A stretch of 39,966 bases of DNA, taken from NCBI GenBank assembly GCA_027365445.1, contig DAHXNJ010000049.1:1-39966 (forward strand), given 5' to 3'. The translations under genes were made by a program, and so were the position numbers. Source of the stretch: Candidatus Saccharimonadota bacterium (GTDB taxonomy: Bacteria; Patescibacteriota; Saccharimonadia; Saccharimonadales; UBA4665). Positions 1-9,055 of the stretch are shown here, piece after piece (position 1 is the first letter of the stretch; every line of letters starts with the position of its first letter). The notes beneath the pieces were generated by a model. The model was not told where the DNA came from and searched no databases. It saw only the letters and a list, made by a program, of their open reading frames with translations.

Positions 1-1
1 C

Positions 2-544
2 TATGCAACCAACAATGGGTCATCTGTGAAAGGAGATAACTTAGTTAACTCCCCTAATCAGCAGAATAAGCTAGAACTCAGTCTTGCAAACCTTACACCT
101 GGTAACACCTATACTTACTCATTTAATGTTTGGGATAGTGGCACAATTCAAGGTTTAGTTAACAATATTGTCTATACACCACAACCTAATCCAAGCACCA
201 ATCAGAACTCTCTAGAAGGCGCACTAACCGTTAAAATATATGACGGCCAAGGTAATCTTTTAGGTTCTACGGCTGGCAACCAAAGCTCTACTTTTAGCAC
301 CAGCGGCTATAAAGGCACTTACCCTAATGGTAACTACTTTGGTCCGGACTTTATTCAGCCAGAGCATAATGGCAACACCACAATTCCGGGGAGCGGTGAA
401 GGTTTTGCAACCTATAAAGTTGTTATATCCTATGCTGGAGGCTACTACAACAATAACAATGGTACTAACCCATTAGTTAACCAAAACAATCAAGAAAATG
501 TTTCAATTGATCCGTTACTAACGGTCAACGGCAACACTCTTTAA
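2..544 (+). CDS. C-terminal part of a secreted TasA/camelysin-like (SipW-cognate) protein; 5' truncated by window edge
   Basis: Frame is open from position 2 (YATNNGSSVKG...), so GTG at 26 is probably not the start. Contains 'LANLTPGNTYTYSFNVWDSGT', resembling the NLxPGD...(N)xGT motif of TasA-type proteins. Lies directly upstream of a SipW-type peptidase. Confidence 0.55.
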   Translation, partial: YATNNGSSVKGDNLVNSPNQQNKLELSLANLTPGNTYTYSFNVWDSGTIQGLVNNIVYTPQPNPSTNQNSLEGALTVKIYDGQGNLLGSTAGNQSSTFSTSGYKGTYPNGNYFGPDFIQPEHNGNTTIPGSGEGFATYKVVISYAGGYYNNNNGTNPLVNQNNQENVSIDPLLTVNGNTL

Positions 545-554
545 CCAAAATAAT

Positions 555-595
555 AATCTGGCCGATTGGGAGCTTAAGCCCCCGTCGGTCAGATA
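555..595 (+). terminator. GC-rich stem-loop between TasA-like gene and signal peptidase (attenuator or mRNA stabiliser)
   Basis: ATCTGGCCGA(556-565) pairs with TCGGTCAGAT(585-594) with one G-U pair; inner GGG.GCT/AGC.CCC stem; followed by ATTTT. Confidence 0.6.
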
Positions 596-604
596 TTTTG
601 TGAT

Positions 605-1198
605 ATGGAAAGGTTCAAGTTAATTAAGACTAGAATGTTAAGAAAAGAACATCTTAATCCTAGATTTATTTTTGAAGGAATCGTACTATTAGCCATGCTT
701 ATTGGCTTTATTATAATGTGTATTGCAGTTTTGTCCGGCAGTTGGCAAATAAGACCTATCTTATCTGGTAGTATGCGACCAGGTTTTTCAATTGGAGGAG
801 TAGCAATTACACAGACTATTCCTACGAGCCAATTAAAAGTCGGCGATGTAGCTGTTTTTCACCCGCCGTTTTTGAAGAATACTACGTACATACACCGGAT
901 TATCTCTATAAGGAGGTCTAACAAACAGTACATAATCCGCACAAAAGGAGACGATAATCCCATTGCTGACCCATGGTTGCTTAGAATTACTAGTAAAAAC
1001 GCTTACATAGCGAGATTCACTTTGCCATTTATCGGATATCTTGCAGTTTGGGTTCACTCATACAGTGGCAGGAAGATCCTGTTAACGATTGCCGGCATAT
1101 TAGTAATAATATTTATAATGTCTATCTTATTAGAGCGTGAAAAGAAACGACGTATTAAAAGACCTCATAAAATTACCAAAAATGTTAAAAAGGATTAG
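605..1198 (+). CDS. sipW: Signal peptidase I, SipW/ER-archaeal type (S26B)
   Basis: N-terminal TM; ILSGSMRP (catalytic Ser); YIHRII (catalytic His); TKGDDN..DPW; LPFIGY; C-terminal TM. Confidence 0.85.
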   Translation: MERFKLIKTRMLRKEHLNPRFIFEGIVLLAMLIGFIIMCIAVLSGSWQIRPILSGSMRPGFSIGGVAITQTIPTSQLKVGDVAVFHPPFLKNTTYIHRIISIRRSNKQYIIRTKGDDNPIADPWLLRITSKNAYIARFTLPFIGYLAVWVHSYSGRKILLTIAGILVIIFIMSILLEREKKRRIKRPHKITKNVKKD

Positions 1199-1570
1199 CT
1201 TTTTAATTTAGTCTCAATCTTATGGGTAGTGAGCTAACTGGTAGGATTAGCTATAAAAATAGTCGGAAATGTTATATCTGAACTTTTAGACTGGGCAAGG
1301 TCAAAGCAAGCTAGAAGACAGTATAGGCGACTACGAGTTTCTAAATCACACACTCTTGTGTGGATGTTAAACAATAAATAAGATAAGATGCCAGGACCCA
1401 ATTATTAACATTTAATAACAGAAATTGGATTTAGCAAGAACAGTAATCCAAGCAGCCTTAGCTTAAGCTATAAAGTAACGCGTCTATTTCTATGACTTAA
1501 ACCCTAATTATGTCGATTAGGTAGTAACTCGCGTAATAGCTTCTTATAATTTTTTTAGCTTATTTTATTT

Positions 1571-1882
1571 TTAGGAAAAATAATTTTCATCAAGTTCGCC
1601 AAAAATTATCCGGGCAGGCTTATTTCTGTCTTCATCAGTCATAATATTCAGCCATTCCGAATCGCTACTATCTAAGTTATAGCCACTAACAAGTACTATA
1701 TTTTTAATTCGTTGATAACGATTTAGTGCTATCTTAACGTCATGAATCTCTTCAGAAGTGTCAGTTAGTTTTTGATAGCTTAGTTTAATAGGGCCATTTT
1801 CTCTTTCTACAATTTCAAATATGTATTTTATAAATTCAGATGAAGATATAGGACTTGTAACTAGATATTCGGGGTTTTCCAT
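1571..1882 (-). CDS. Hypothetical protein (103 aa)
   Basis: ORF of normal composition; TATTAT -10-like hexamer 6 nt before ATG. Confidence 0.55.
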   Translation of the reverse strand: MENPEYLVTSPISSSEFIKYIFEIVERENGPIKLSYQKLTDTSEEIHDVKIALNRYQRIKNIVLVSGYNLDSSDSEWLNIMTDEDRNKPARIIFGELDENYFS

Positions 1883-2011
1883 TTATATATAATAATATAA
1901 AACAATACATAATACAAAAAAATATTATAGTAGACACTTTGTTATTGCAGATAATCTTAAACTTTCTTCAGTCTATTGCTAATAAATTACAATATTGTTA
2001 GGTTGTCAAAG

Positions 2012-4936
2012 TTATAAAAGACTTCCTCCATTTTTTTGTTTTTTACTATTTTTGGGAGGAGTTGATGTGTTGTTCGATGGTGATGATTGAGGGCTAGATT
2101 GGGCTACGTCAACTGTTTGAAAGGTTATACTAGAACTTCCTTGATATAGTACGCTATCAGTGACGGTACCAGTTAGAGTAACGGTTCCGCTAGATGTTGG
2201 TAAATAATAGAAAGATACTGTTTGTCCAGAAGTACTAACTCCGACTGTATGAATTACTTTGTTATTAATAGAAAAGCTTACATTGCCCGGAAATCTACTA
2301 CTAGATAGTGGGTGAGTACCTTGGGTAATAGTTGCTTGAATTAAGCATCCTTGGCCACTATTGTCAGTGTTAGAACAAGTATTATTGGCTGGCGGTGTAA
2401 TAGCAATCGACGGATGAACGTCACTACATTTATGTACGTTATCATAGGCGGTCGGAGCCTTACTGGCTCCCGTGACGAATTGATCTACCGAAAAAGCTGC
2501 AGCGTTTCCATTATATTCGGTTTGTCTTGCTAAAGGAGGAGTACAAGACGTAGCTAGTAGTCCAGAAACTTTATCAATTGTTATTGATGAGCCTTGAGTT
2601 GACTTTGGGACATACCAGTAAGGAAAGAGGTCTTTAGCTGGTCCTGGTTCAACTGAGCCTAAGCCCACATGGGCTCTTTGGACAAAGGCTGGAAGTACTT
2701 TAATATTACTAGGCTGTACCCAGTTAATTGGTTTTGTATGGAGCATACTTAAGGCTCCTTGCATCCAATATCTAGCTAAAGGTTCCGTCATTATCTCCAT
2801 TCCGCCTGCTGTTAGTGGTTTATTGACTGTGTGGTATCCTACCCATGTTTCAACAGCATATTGAGTAGTCCAGGCAGTCATTAGTCCACTAATGTTGGCA
2901 TGGGTAGTACCGGTTTTTATAGCTATGTCCCAGCCATTATATCTCTGCCATTTATAGCCAAAACTAGATATAGGTGAGCAGTTAGTAGCATTACAATAAC
3001 CAGGCAAATAAGTTGCTTTAGGATCGCTCAGAATATTGTCTAGAATATATGCCGTATCGGGTTGTATAACTTGCTTTGGTTTAGGTTGCTTCCATTGGTA
3101 AATAGCCTTATTAGCCGAATTAGTGATACTTAAGATATACGTTTGAGGGATCTCTTGTCCCAACCTTCCTAAGGTGGCTATTCCGTTAACGGCATGATCA
3201 AGGTGTAAATATCCTCCTTCACCGATAGCTGCCGATCCATAGCAGGGTGCTTGATGACTTGTGCCGGCCGTACTTACGTTTGTGCCTGGCTTATAGCAAA
3301 CGTAAGCATTTGGATAGCCCATCATCGCTGAAGCAGTCTTTTGGACATTACCTAATCCGGCCATTAATCCTGCTTTTACAGCTGGCACATTACGAGATCC
3401 GGCTAGGGCATATCTAATTGTTTCTGGGCCAGGATAGCGAAAGTCGTAGTCCCATAGACAGTTACCGCCATTTAAAGGATATTTTTTATTAGTACATGGA
3501 TATCCGGGCAATGGTTGTTGGATATCGTAGAGCACTGAACCTGCTCCAGCGTTATTCTTAGGATTGTTAATGAATGTTGAGTAGACGTAAGGTTTAATGG
3601 TTGAGCCAGGGGATAAATTAGCTTGAGCGTAGTTGACTTGTCCGTAATTAGGGTTATTGAAGTTAGTCCCGCCTACTAGAGCAACTACTTGGCCTGTTTT
3701 TACCTGTTCGGCTACTAAAGCTTCTTCATCAGCTCCGTAATAATGTATATTTGGAATGTTCTTTTGAATTACTTGATTAGCTAGATTTTGCAAAGGTACG
3801 CTTAGGGTGGTATCTACTTTCCAGGCTCCATGCTTAAGCATTTTGGCACCATATTTTCGAATTAGTTGTTGTTTAGCTGATAAGACAAAATATGGAGCAG
3901 TAATATTATTATATTTAGATTGGAGCTTTTTAACTTGAGCTAGTACGTTAACCTTTTTTGCGGCCGCTGCTTGTTGAGCGGTTATCATATGCTGAGCTGC
4001 CATTTGATCGAGCACATAATGTTGTCTACCTAATAAGGCCGAAGCAGAAAAGTAATTAGTCGATAAGGCTGGATTATACTGAGGACTACTAAATGGAGAA
4101 TAATAAGTTGGAGCTTGTGGAATAGACGCTAACATAGCCGACTGGGCTAGTGTTAATTGACTGGCATTCTCATTAAAATAATCCTTAGCAGCTGCTTGAA
4201 CTCCATAATCAATATTGCCATAAGGAGCTATATTTAGATAAGCAGTTAAAATTTGATTCTTACTATATTTATCGGCCATTTCAACAGATAAAGCTAATTC
4301 CTCTATCTTTCTAGGAATAGTTAAAGGATCTGGCCAGCCTTTATTAAGTTTTACTACTTGTTCGGTAATAGTAGAGGCTCCTTGTAGGCCATGCCCTAAG
4401 TGAATAATGTCGTGAAATGCAGCTCTAACTATTGATCCAAAATTAAAGCCACCTTCATGATAAAAATTCTTATCTTCGATTGCGACCGTTGCTTCTTTTA
4501 CATAGGGAGATATTTGATTGCTACTAACTGGAACTCTTTTAACGCTGTGATAATCTTGCCAAAGTAATATTTTTCCTGTCCGGTCATAATAACTCACGCT
4601 GCCTGGAGCGTTAGGTGCAAATATGCCTAAAGAATATAGATCTTGACTGAAATACGACAACATACCTAAGACTAGGATAAATAGAATTATTATGGTTACA
4701 CCAAGGCTTTCTAGGCCGATGATAGTACCATCGCGACTAAATATAAAACTACCCACTTTTTTAATGTATGGATTAACTTCGCTAAATTTTCTAGGAAGAG
4801 GAAAGTAAGTTCTTTTAACTAACTTATATTGACGCTTTACTACTTTTATTGGATTTAGCTTATGCGATCCCAATGATTGCTGTTGAAAAGCAGATACTCT
4901 TCTTCTACTTCTTCTTCTGTTTCTTCTTGCCGTCAT
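2012..4936 (-). CDS. Bifunctional class A penicillin-binding protein (transglycosylase/transpeptidase) with C-terminal Ig-like domain
   Basis: GT51 motifs AIEDKNFYHEGG, GASTITEQVVK, RKIEE, YLN; transpeptidase SxxK (STIK), SxN (SRN), KTGT; single N-terminal TM. Confidence 0.95.
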   Translation of the reverse strand: MTARRNRRRSRRRVSAFQQQSLGSHKLNPIKVVKRQYKLVKRTYFPLPRKFSEVNPYIKKVGSFIFSRDGTIIGLESLGVTIIILFILVLGMLSYFSQDLYSLGIFAPNAPGSVSYYDRTGKILLWQDYHSVKRVPVSSNQISPYVKEATVAIEDKNFYHEGGFNFGSIVRAAFHDIIHLGHGLQGASTITEQVVKLNKGWPDPLTIPRKIEELALSVEMADKYSKNQILTAYLNIAPYGNIDYGVQAAAKDYFNENASQLTLAQSAMLASIPQAPTYYSPFSSPQYNPALSTNYFSASALLGRQHYVLDQMAAQHMITAQQAAAAKKVNVLAQVKKLQSKYNNITAPYFVLSAKQQLIRKYGAKMLKHGAWKVDTTLSVPLQNLANQVIQKNIPNIHYYGADEEALVAEQVKTGQVVALVGGTNFNNPNYGQVNYAQANLSPGSTIKPYVYSTFINNPKNNAGAGSVLYDIQQPLPGYPCTNKKYPLNGGNCLWDYDFRYPGPETIRYALAGSRNVPAVKAGLMAGLGNVQKTASAMMGYPNAYVCYKPGTNVSTAGTSHQAPCYGSAAIGEGGYLHLDHAVNGIATLGRLGQEIPQTYILSITNSANKAIYQWKQPKPKQVIQPDTAYILDNILSDPKATYLPGYCNATNCSPISSFGYKWQRYNGWDIAIKTGTTHANISGLMTAWTTQYAVETWVGYHTVNKPLTAGGMEIMTEPLARYWMQGALSMLHTKPINWVQPSNIKVLPAFVQRAHVGLGSVEPGPAKDLFPYWYVPKSTQGSSITIDKVSGLLATSCTPPLARQTEYNGNAAAFSVDQFVTGASKAPTAYDNVHKCSDVHPSIAITPPANNTCSNTDNSGQGCLIQATITQGTHPLSSSRFPGNVSFSINNKVIHTVGVSTSGQTVSFYYLPTSSGTVTLTGTVTDSVLYQGSSSITFQTVDVAQSSPQSSPSNNTSTPPKNSKKQKNGGSLL

Positions 4937-5144
4937 AATCTTAAGTTTGCTTTTCGTTTCCTTATTACTAACTAGTCTTTTGTATAACTTAACTTATTAT
5001 AAGGGTCAGCCGTAAAATCTCTAAAAAAATAATACAATTACAGCTAATAATATATTGTCATGCTAGCTTTAACAATTAACAAGCATGAGAGTTTTTACTT
5101 TTTATATTTTTTCATGTTATTCTAAGACTACATTAACAATTTAA

Positions 5145-5252
5145 ACAATATAAAGAGTACGGGGAGAGAACTAGCTCGTTGATCCGTCGGCAACCTGCTT
5201 AATTTCTTAAGAAAGGTGCTCCTTCTAGCCTGTTAAGCGGGAAAGATGTTAT
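5145..5252 (+). ncRNA. SAM-I (S-box) riboswitch aptamer
   Basis: AT(A)AAGAG...GGAGAGAACTAGCTCGTTGA...CGGCAACC...AAGGTGCT...TCTAGC...GAAAGATG matches the SAM-I layout (P2 kink-turn, GCAACC/GGTGC P3, CTAG/CTAG pseudoknot); immediately upstream of metK. Confidence 0.85.
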
Positions 5253-5260
5253 TTAATAAG

Positions 5261-5300
5261 AGCATTCTTTCTTCGGCTTGACCAGAAAGGATGTTTTTTT
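5261..5300 (+). terminator. Riboswitch expression platform: intrinsic terminator that also covers the metK RBS
   Basis: AGCATTCTTTCT(5261-5272) pairs with AGAAAGGATGTT(5284-5295), then a T-tract up to the ATG; alternative pairing of 5241-5250 with 5261-5271 forms an antiterminator. Confidence 0.8.
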
Positions 5301-6419
5301 ATGTCAGATAATATTAATAACCTATTTACTAGTGAGAGTGTGTGTGCTGGTCATCCAGATAAGATTTGTGATGCAATTAGTGATGCAATTCTTGATGCTG
5401 CTATTGCTAAGGATCCGAATAGTCGAGGGGGAATTGAAGTAGTTGCAGGGTCTAATAAAATCGCACTATTTGGTGAAATTAAAACTAATGCTAAGTTGGA
5501 TTATGAAGACATAGTAATTAAAACAGTGCGTCGCTTAGGCTACACTAAACCTGAATGGGGCTTTAGTGATGCTTCAGAGATTTCTAATAACATACATCAG
5601 CAATCACCTGAAATCTCGATAGGAGTTGATGAAGGAGGTGCTGGCGATCAAGGTATGATGTTTGGCTTTGCTGTAAATGAGACGGATGAATTAATGCCGA
5701 TGCCGATTGCTCTGGCCCATGCTTTAACTAGAAGAATTGATTATGTTAGAGAAGCAGGGGAGATTAAATGGTTGAGGCCGGATGGTAAAACCCAAGTAAC
5801 GATAAGGTATGAAAAAAATAGACCATTATTAATAGAAAAATTAGTAGCTGCTGTGGCTCATGATGAGAATGTCAGCGCTACTGATGTAAGAGCGGAAATT
5901 ATAAAAAAAGTGTTTTTGCCTGTAATAAATGATTTTAATTTTGATCTTCCTCAAGATAAGGATATTGTCGTTAACGGTACAGGGCTCTGGCATATACCAG
6001 GACCTCAAAGTGATGCTGGTTTAACAGGTAGGAAGATAGTCGTCGATACTTATGGGGGCTATGCCAGAGTGGGTGGTGGTGCTTTTAGTGGCAAGGACCC
6101 AAGTAAGGTAGATAGAAGTGGAGCTTATGCCGCGCGCTACATTGCTAAAAATATTGTTGCAGCAAAATTGGCTACTAAATGTGAGGTTGGCTTAGCTTAT
6201 GTAATTGGTCAGTCTAGACCATTGATGCAAACAATTGATACTTTTGGAACAGCTCGTGTTAGTGATAAGGAATTATATGACTTTATGGATAAGCTAATCG
6301 ATACTTCAGTTAATGGGATAATAAATAAACTTGATTTAAAACAGCCAATATACTCAAAGACTACAGCTTATGGTCATTTTGGAAAGCCTGATTTGGCATG
6401 GGAACAAGTTATAAGTTAG
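5301..6419 (+). CDS. metK: S-adenosylmethionine synthetase
   Basis: FTSESV..GHPDKICD, GAGDQG, DAGLTGRKIVVDTYGG, GGGAFSGKDPSKVDRS signatures. Confidence 0.98.
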   Translation: MSDNINNLFTSESVCAGHPDKICDAISDAILDAAIAKDPNSRGGIEVVAGSNKIALFGEIKTNAKLDYEDIVIKTVRRLGYTKPEWGFSDASEISNNIHQQSPEISIGVDEGGAGDQGMMFGFAVNETDELMPMPIALAHALTRRIDYVREAGEIKWLRPDGKTQVTIRYEKNRPLLIEKLVAAVAHDENVSATDVRAEIIKKVFLPVINDFNFDLPQDKDIVVNGTGLWHIPGPQSDAGLTGRKIVVDTYGGYARVGGGAFSGKDPSKVDRSGAYAARYIAKNIVAAKLATKCEVGLAYVIGQSRPLMQTIDTFGTARVSDKELYDFMDKLIDTSVNGIINKLDLKQPIYSKTTAYGHFGKPDLAWEQVIS

Positions 6420-6620
6420 AAAAATTAACTACAAATAAAACTTTATGGACATTTTAAAAAAAGCATAACAGATTAATTTTTTAGACCTTTATAAGCAAGT
6501 TAAATATATTACTGCTATTAGTTAGCATAAATTTAAAACTTGTGTTGGATTAATACTCTTAAATAACTATAGGGTACATAAAATCTAAGTATATTTAATA
6601 ATCTAAGGAGGGACAAAAAC

Positions 6621-7331
6621 ATGAGAAAAGCTAACTTTCCAAAATTAACATTCCTAAAAAAAAGCAAGAAAAATAAGTCCACAGGATCGGCTAGTCTACT
6701 ATTAACTTCTAGTGCAGCTTTTTTTGGAGTAGTAATTGGTGTTATGGGATCGCTAGGTTTCGTTGGTAACTATTTACACACACAGTTTACCAATGAAAAT
6801 GCGGTCCTATCGCACCAAATTTCATCGCTGAAAACTAATTTATTGGCATATAAAACAGCATCTTTCACTAGCACTGGAGCTTCCGCTGGACAGTGCTCAA
6901 TACCGCCTGCGTCTACAACTTCGAATGTATCCAGTAATTCAGTTATTCCTACGACAAATGAGCAGCAGCCACTAATCACAGCATCAGTCTTAAAGCCGAT
7001 TACAACAACTAGTTCACTGCCATCTTCAAGCACTAACAGCAACACTCCTGTTAGCGTCTATCCTTTTGTCCAAGAATTATCTAATGGACACTTTACAACA
7101 ACCGGAACTATAAGTGATACGGGTTATGCATCGAATAATAATGTCACTACCAATAATACGGCTACTCAAAAAGTAACCAATGACAATAAACTATCGATTA
7201 ATGTGTCAAATCCTCAAACTAGTACATCCGGCAGTTCTAGTGTAACTAGTAATACAAACGGCGGTTCAGCTACTTCAGGAAGTACCAGCAATACGAGCAA
7301 CACTAGCTTAGATGTTAAAGTGCAGAACTAA
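6621..7331 (+). CDS. Membrane-anchored Ser/Thr/Asn-rich protein with one C-terminal 75-aa repeat (candidate fibre anchor/nucleator)
   Basis: SD AAGGAGG; basic N-terminus plus hydrophobic segment, short coiled-coil-like region, S/T/P linker; last 75 aa align without gaps to the repeats of 7994..8863. Confidence 0.75.
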   Translation: MRKANFPKLTFLKKSKKNKSTGSASLLLTSSAAFFGVVIGVMGSLGFVGNYLHTQFTNENAVLSHQISSLKTNLLAYKTASFTSTGASAGQCSIPPASTTSNVSSNSVIPTTNEQQPLITASVLKPITTTSSLPSSSTNSNTPVSVYPFVQELSNGHFTTTGTISDTGYASNNNVTTNNTATQKVTNDNKLSINVSNPQTSTSGSSSVTSNTNGGSATSGSTSNTSNTSLDVKVQN

Positions 7332-7366
7332 TAATTGAAATATTAAGTAGTGGGAGGGATAGCCAT

Positions 7367-7879
7367 ATGGCATTAGCAAGTTTACACACAAATTTCATTG
7401 GCATGAGTGTTCGATTGTTAATTGCCACGGCTATCCTGGTATCGGCATACTTTATTGCTAAACCTGATGCCGCATATAAAAGACCTAACTTAAATTTAAT
7501 TAACACAGCTGCATATACTGGCAATAAAGGAATAGCTAACAGTAATATCAAAATAATAAAAGCTGATTCAGTCGGTCAGGTAAAGAAGGTTAAGACCAGT
7601 ACGACCATATCAGCGGCTACTTCGTCAAATAGCGGTAATTCAAACTCCAGCAATACACTAAATATCAATGGCCAAACCGTTAAGTTAAATCCAAATTCAA
7701 CTTTTACCAAAACCATAACATCACCGAGCGGCCAGACCAATATAACCTATAGCTCTTCAAATAATAATGGTCAAGGATCTAGTAGCTCGTTAAACATTAG
7801 TAGTAAATCGGTTAGTCAGTCAGGTACAAGTTCGTCAGGACAATCATCGCAAATTAACATAAATCAATCGACTCAATAA
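7367..7879 (+). CDS. Exported Ser/Asn/Thr/Gln-rich protein of the repeat cluster
   Basis: SD GGAGG; N-terminal hydrophobic segment; low-complexity C-terminus with alternating polar/aliphatic pattern. Confidence 0.7.
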   Translation: MALASLHTNFIGMSVRLLIATAILVSAYFIAKPDAAYKRPNLNLINTAAYTGNKGIANSNIKIIKADSVGQVKKVKTSTTISAATSSNSGNSNSSNTLNINGQTVKLNPNSTFTKTITSPSGQTNITYSSSNNNGQGSSSSLNISSKSVSQSGTSSSGQSSQININQSTQ

Positions 7880-7894
7880 GTTATATAGGCCTTA

Positions 7895-7941
7895 GTCTTT
7901 CGACACTAATCAATAAATATTGTTGGTTAATGTCGGGAGAC
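7895..7941 (+). promoter_or_regulatory. Long (~22 bp) RNA hairpin upstream of putative major subunit gene
   Basis: GTCTTTCGACA-C-TAATCAATAA / TTGTTGGTTA-A-TGTCGGGAGAC pairs with G-U wobbles and one mismatch; no T-tract follows. Confidence 0.6.
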
Positions 7942-7993
7942 CACCCCCCGAAATAGAAATAATTAATAAATATTAGCCAAAAGGAGGCACAAT

Positions 7994-8863
7994 ATGGTAG
8001 TAAGAAAAGCATTAAGAATGACTGCTTCAGCTGTCACGTCATTAGGATTAGTTGCAGGGTTTGGCGGCATAGCAAGTGCTGCTACAACTAACGGAACCGT
8101 AAACACAACCGGATATAACTCGACTAACAATATTACAAACAACTCGACCTGGCATGGTCGTCTAATGAACATGAATGATTTGATGGCTAATGTAGTTAAC
8201 CCTCAATCTTCATTCAGTGGAAATACCTATAATCGTTTTAATACTAAAGGTGGTTCAGCTAACTCTGGTTCAGCTTCAAATAATAGTACTCTAGATGCTA
8301 ATGTAGTCTATTCAAACCCAGCTAGTATGTCTGGTTCTGGATCAGGTTCTTCATCGTTTAGCGGTATGGTTAACGACACGGGCGCACAGTCCAACAATAA
8401 TGTTACCAATAATTCAACTTGGAACGGTCGTGTAATGAACCGCAATAACTTGAATCTAAGCGTATCTAATCCACAGCAGTCATTTAGCGGTAACGCAAGT
8501 TCTAGCTATAACACTAACGGTGGTTCTGCGACTTCTGGTAGTACTAATAATACTAGCAACACCAGTGCATCAGTTAACTATGTAAATTCAGGTAGTATGA
8601 GCACAGCTGGTACTAGTGGTAGTTCATCAAATACAGGCACCGTGAGTGATACTGGTGCAATGTCTAACAATAATGTTACGACTAACACTAACACTAGCTT
8701 AAAAGTAGTTAATTCGAATAGTGCTCAGATCTCGACTAACAATCAACAACAGTCATCATCTGGCAACTCAAATGTTAGCTATAACACTAATGGTGGTTCA
8801 GCAACTTCCGGTAGTGCAAGCAACACAAGTGATACTAACATAAGCGTCGATTACTCTAATTAA
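7994..8863 (+). CDS. Secreted protein with three 75-aa Asn/Ser/Thr/Gly repeats (candidate major fibre/amyloid subunit)
   Basis: SD AAGGAGG; Sec signal peptide ending ASA/A; repeats at aa 34-108, 124-198 and 215-289 separated by 15-16 aa Ser/Gly linkers. Confidence 0.8.
   Translation: MVVRKALRMTASAVTSLGLVAGFGGIASAATTNGTVNTTGYNSTNNITNNSTWHGRLMNMNDLMANVVNPQSSFSGNTYNRFNTKGGSANSGSASNNSTLDANVVYSNPASMSGSGSGSSSFSGMVNDTGAQSNNNVTNNSTWNGRVMNRNNLNLSVSNPQQSFSGNASSSYNTNGGSATSGSTNNTSNTSASVNYVNSGSMSTAGTSGSSSNTGTVSDTGAMSNNNVTTNTNTSLKVVNSNSAQISTNNQQQSSSGNSNVSYNTNGGSATSGSASNTSDTNISVDYSN
8093..8860 (+). repeat. Three imperfect 225-bp coding repeats (8093-8317, 8363-8587, 8636-8860); a fourth copy at 7104-7328
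   Basis: Protein consensus Gx[VI]xxTGxxSxNN[VI]TxN..N.N.......NxQxxxSG......NTxGGSAxSGSxxNxS.....V...N. Confidence 0.9.
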
Positions 8864-8943
8864 GACAATAATATAGAGTTATTATTAGTTTAATAGTTAT
8901 CACATCACGTGTGACTATTTACTAAACAGCGTAGATGGAAAAA

Positions 8944-8968
8944 GGGCAGATGGGTGGTCTGTCTGCCC
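8944..8968 (+). terminator. GC-rich stem-loop downstream of putative major subunit gene
   Basis: GGGCAGATGGG / TCTGTCTGCCC inverted repeat; a second, weaker hairpin at about 8888-8927; T-tract poor. Confidence 0.55.
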
Positions 8969-9055
8969 CCCTAGTATTCTTTAGTAATGAAAGATTAAAA
9001 CTGTATAAATTTAAAATAATTGCAAATGTAAGTCAATAATAATGAGGAGCCGTCT

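Noticed and set aside
7104..8860. Repeats as a CRISPR array or DGR template/variable repeats
   Set aside because: In-frame 225-bp coding repeats diverged at all base types; no spacers, cas genes or reverse transcriptase
7994..8863. Direct assignment as csgA or fapC
   Set aside because: Repeat length and consensus differ from curlin and Fap repeats; no csgEFG or fapDF-like genes; analogy only
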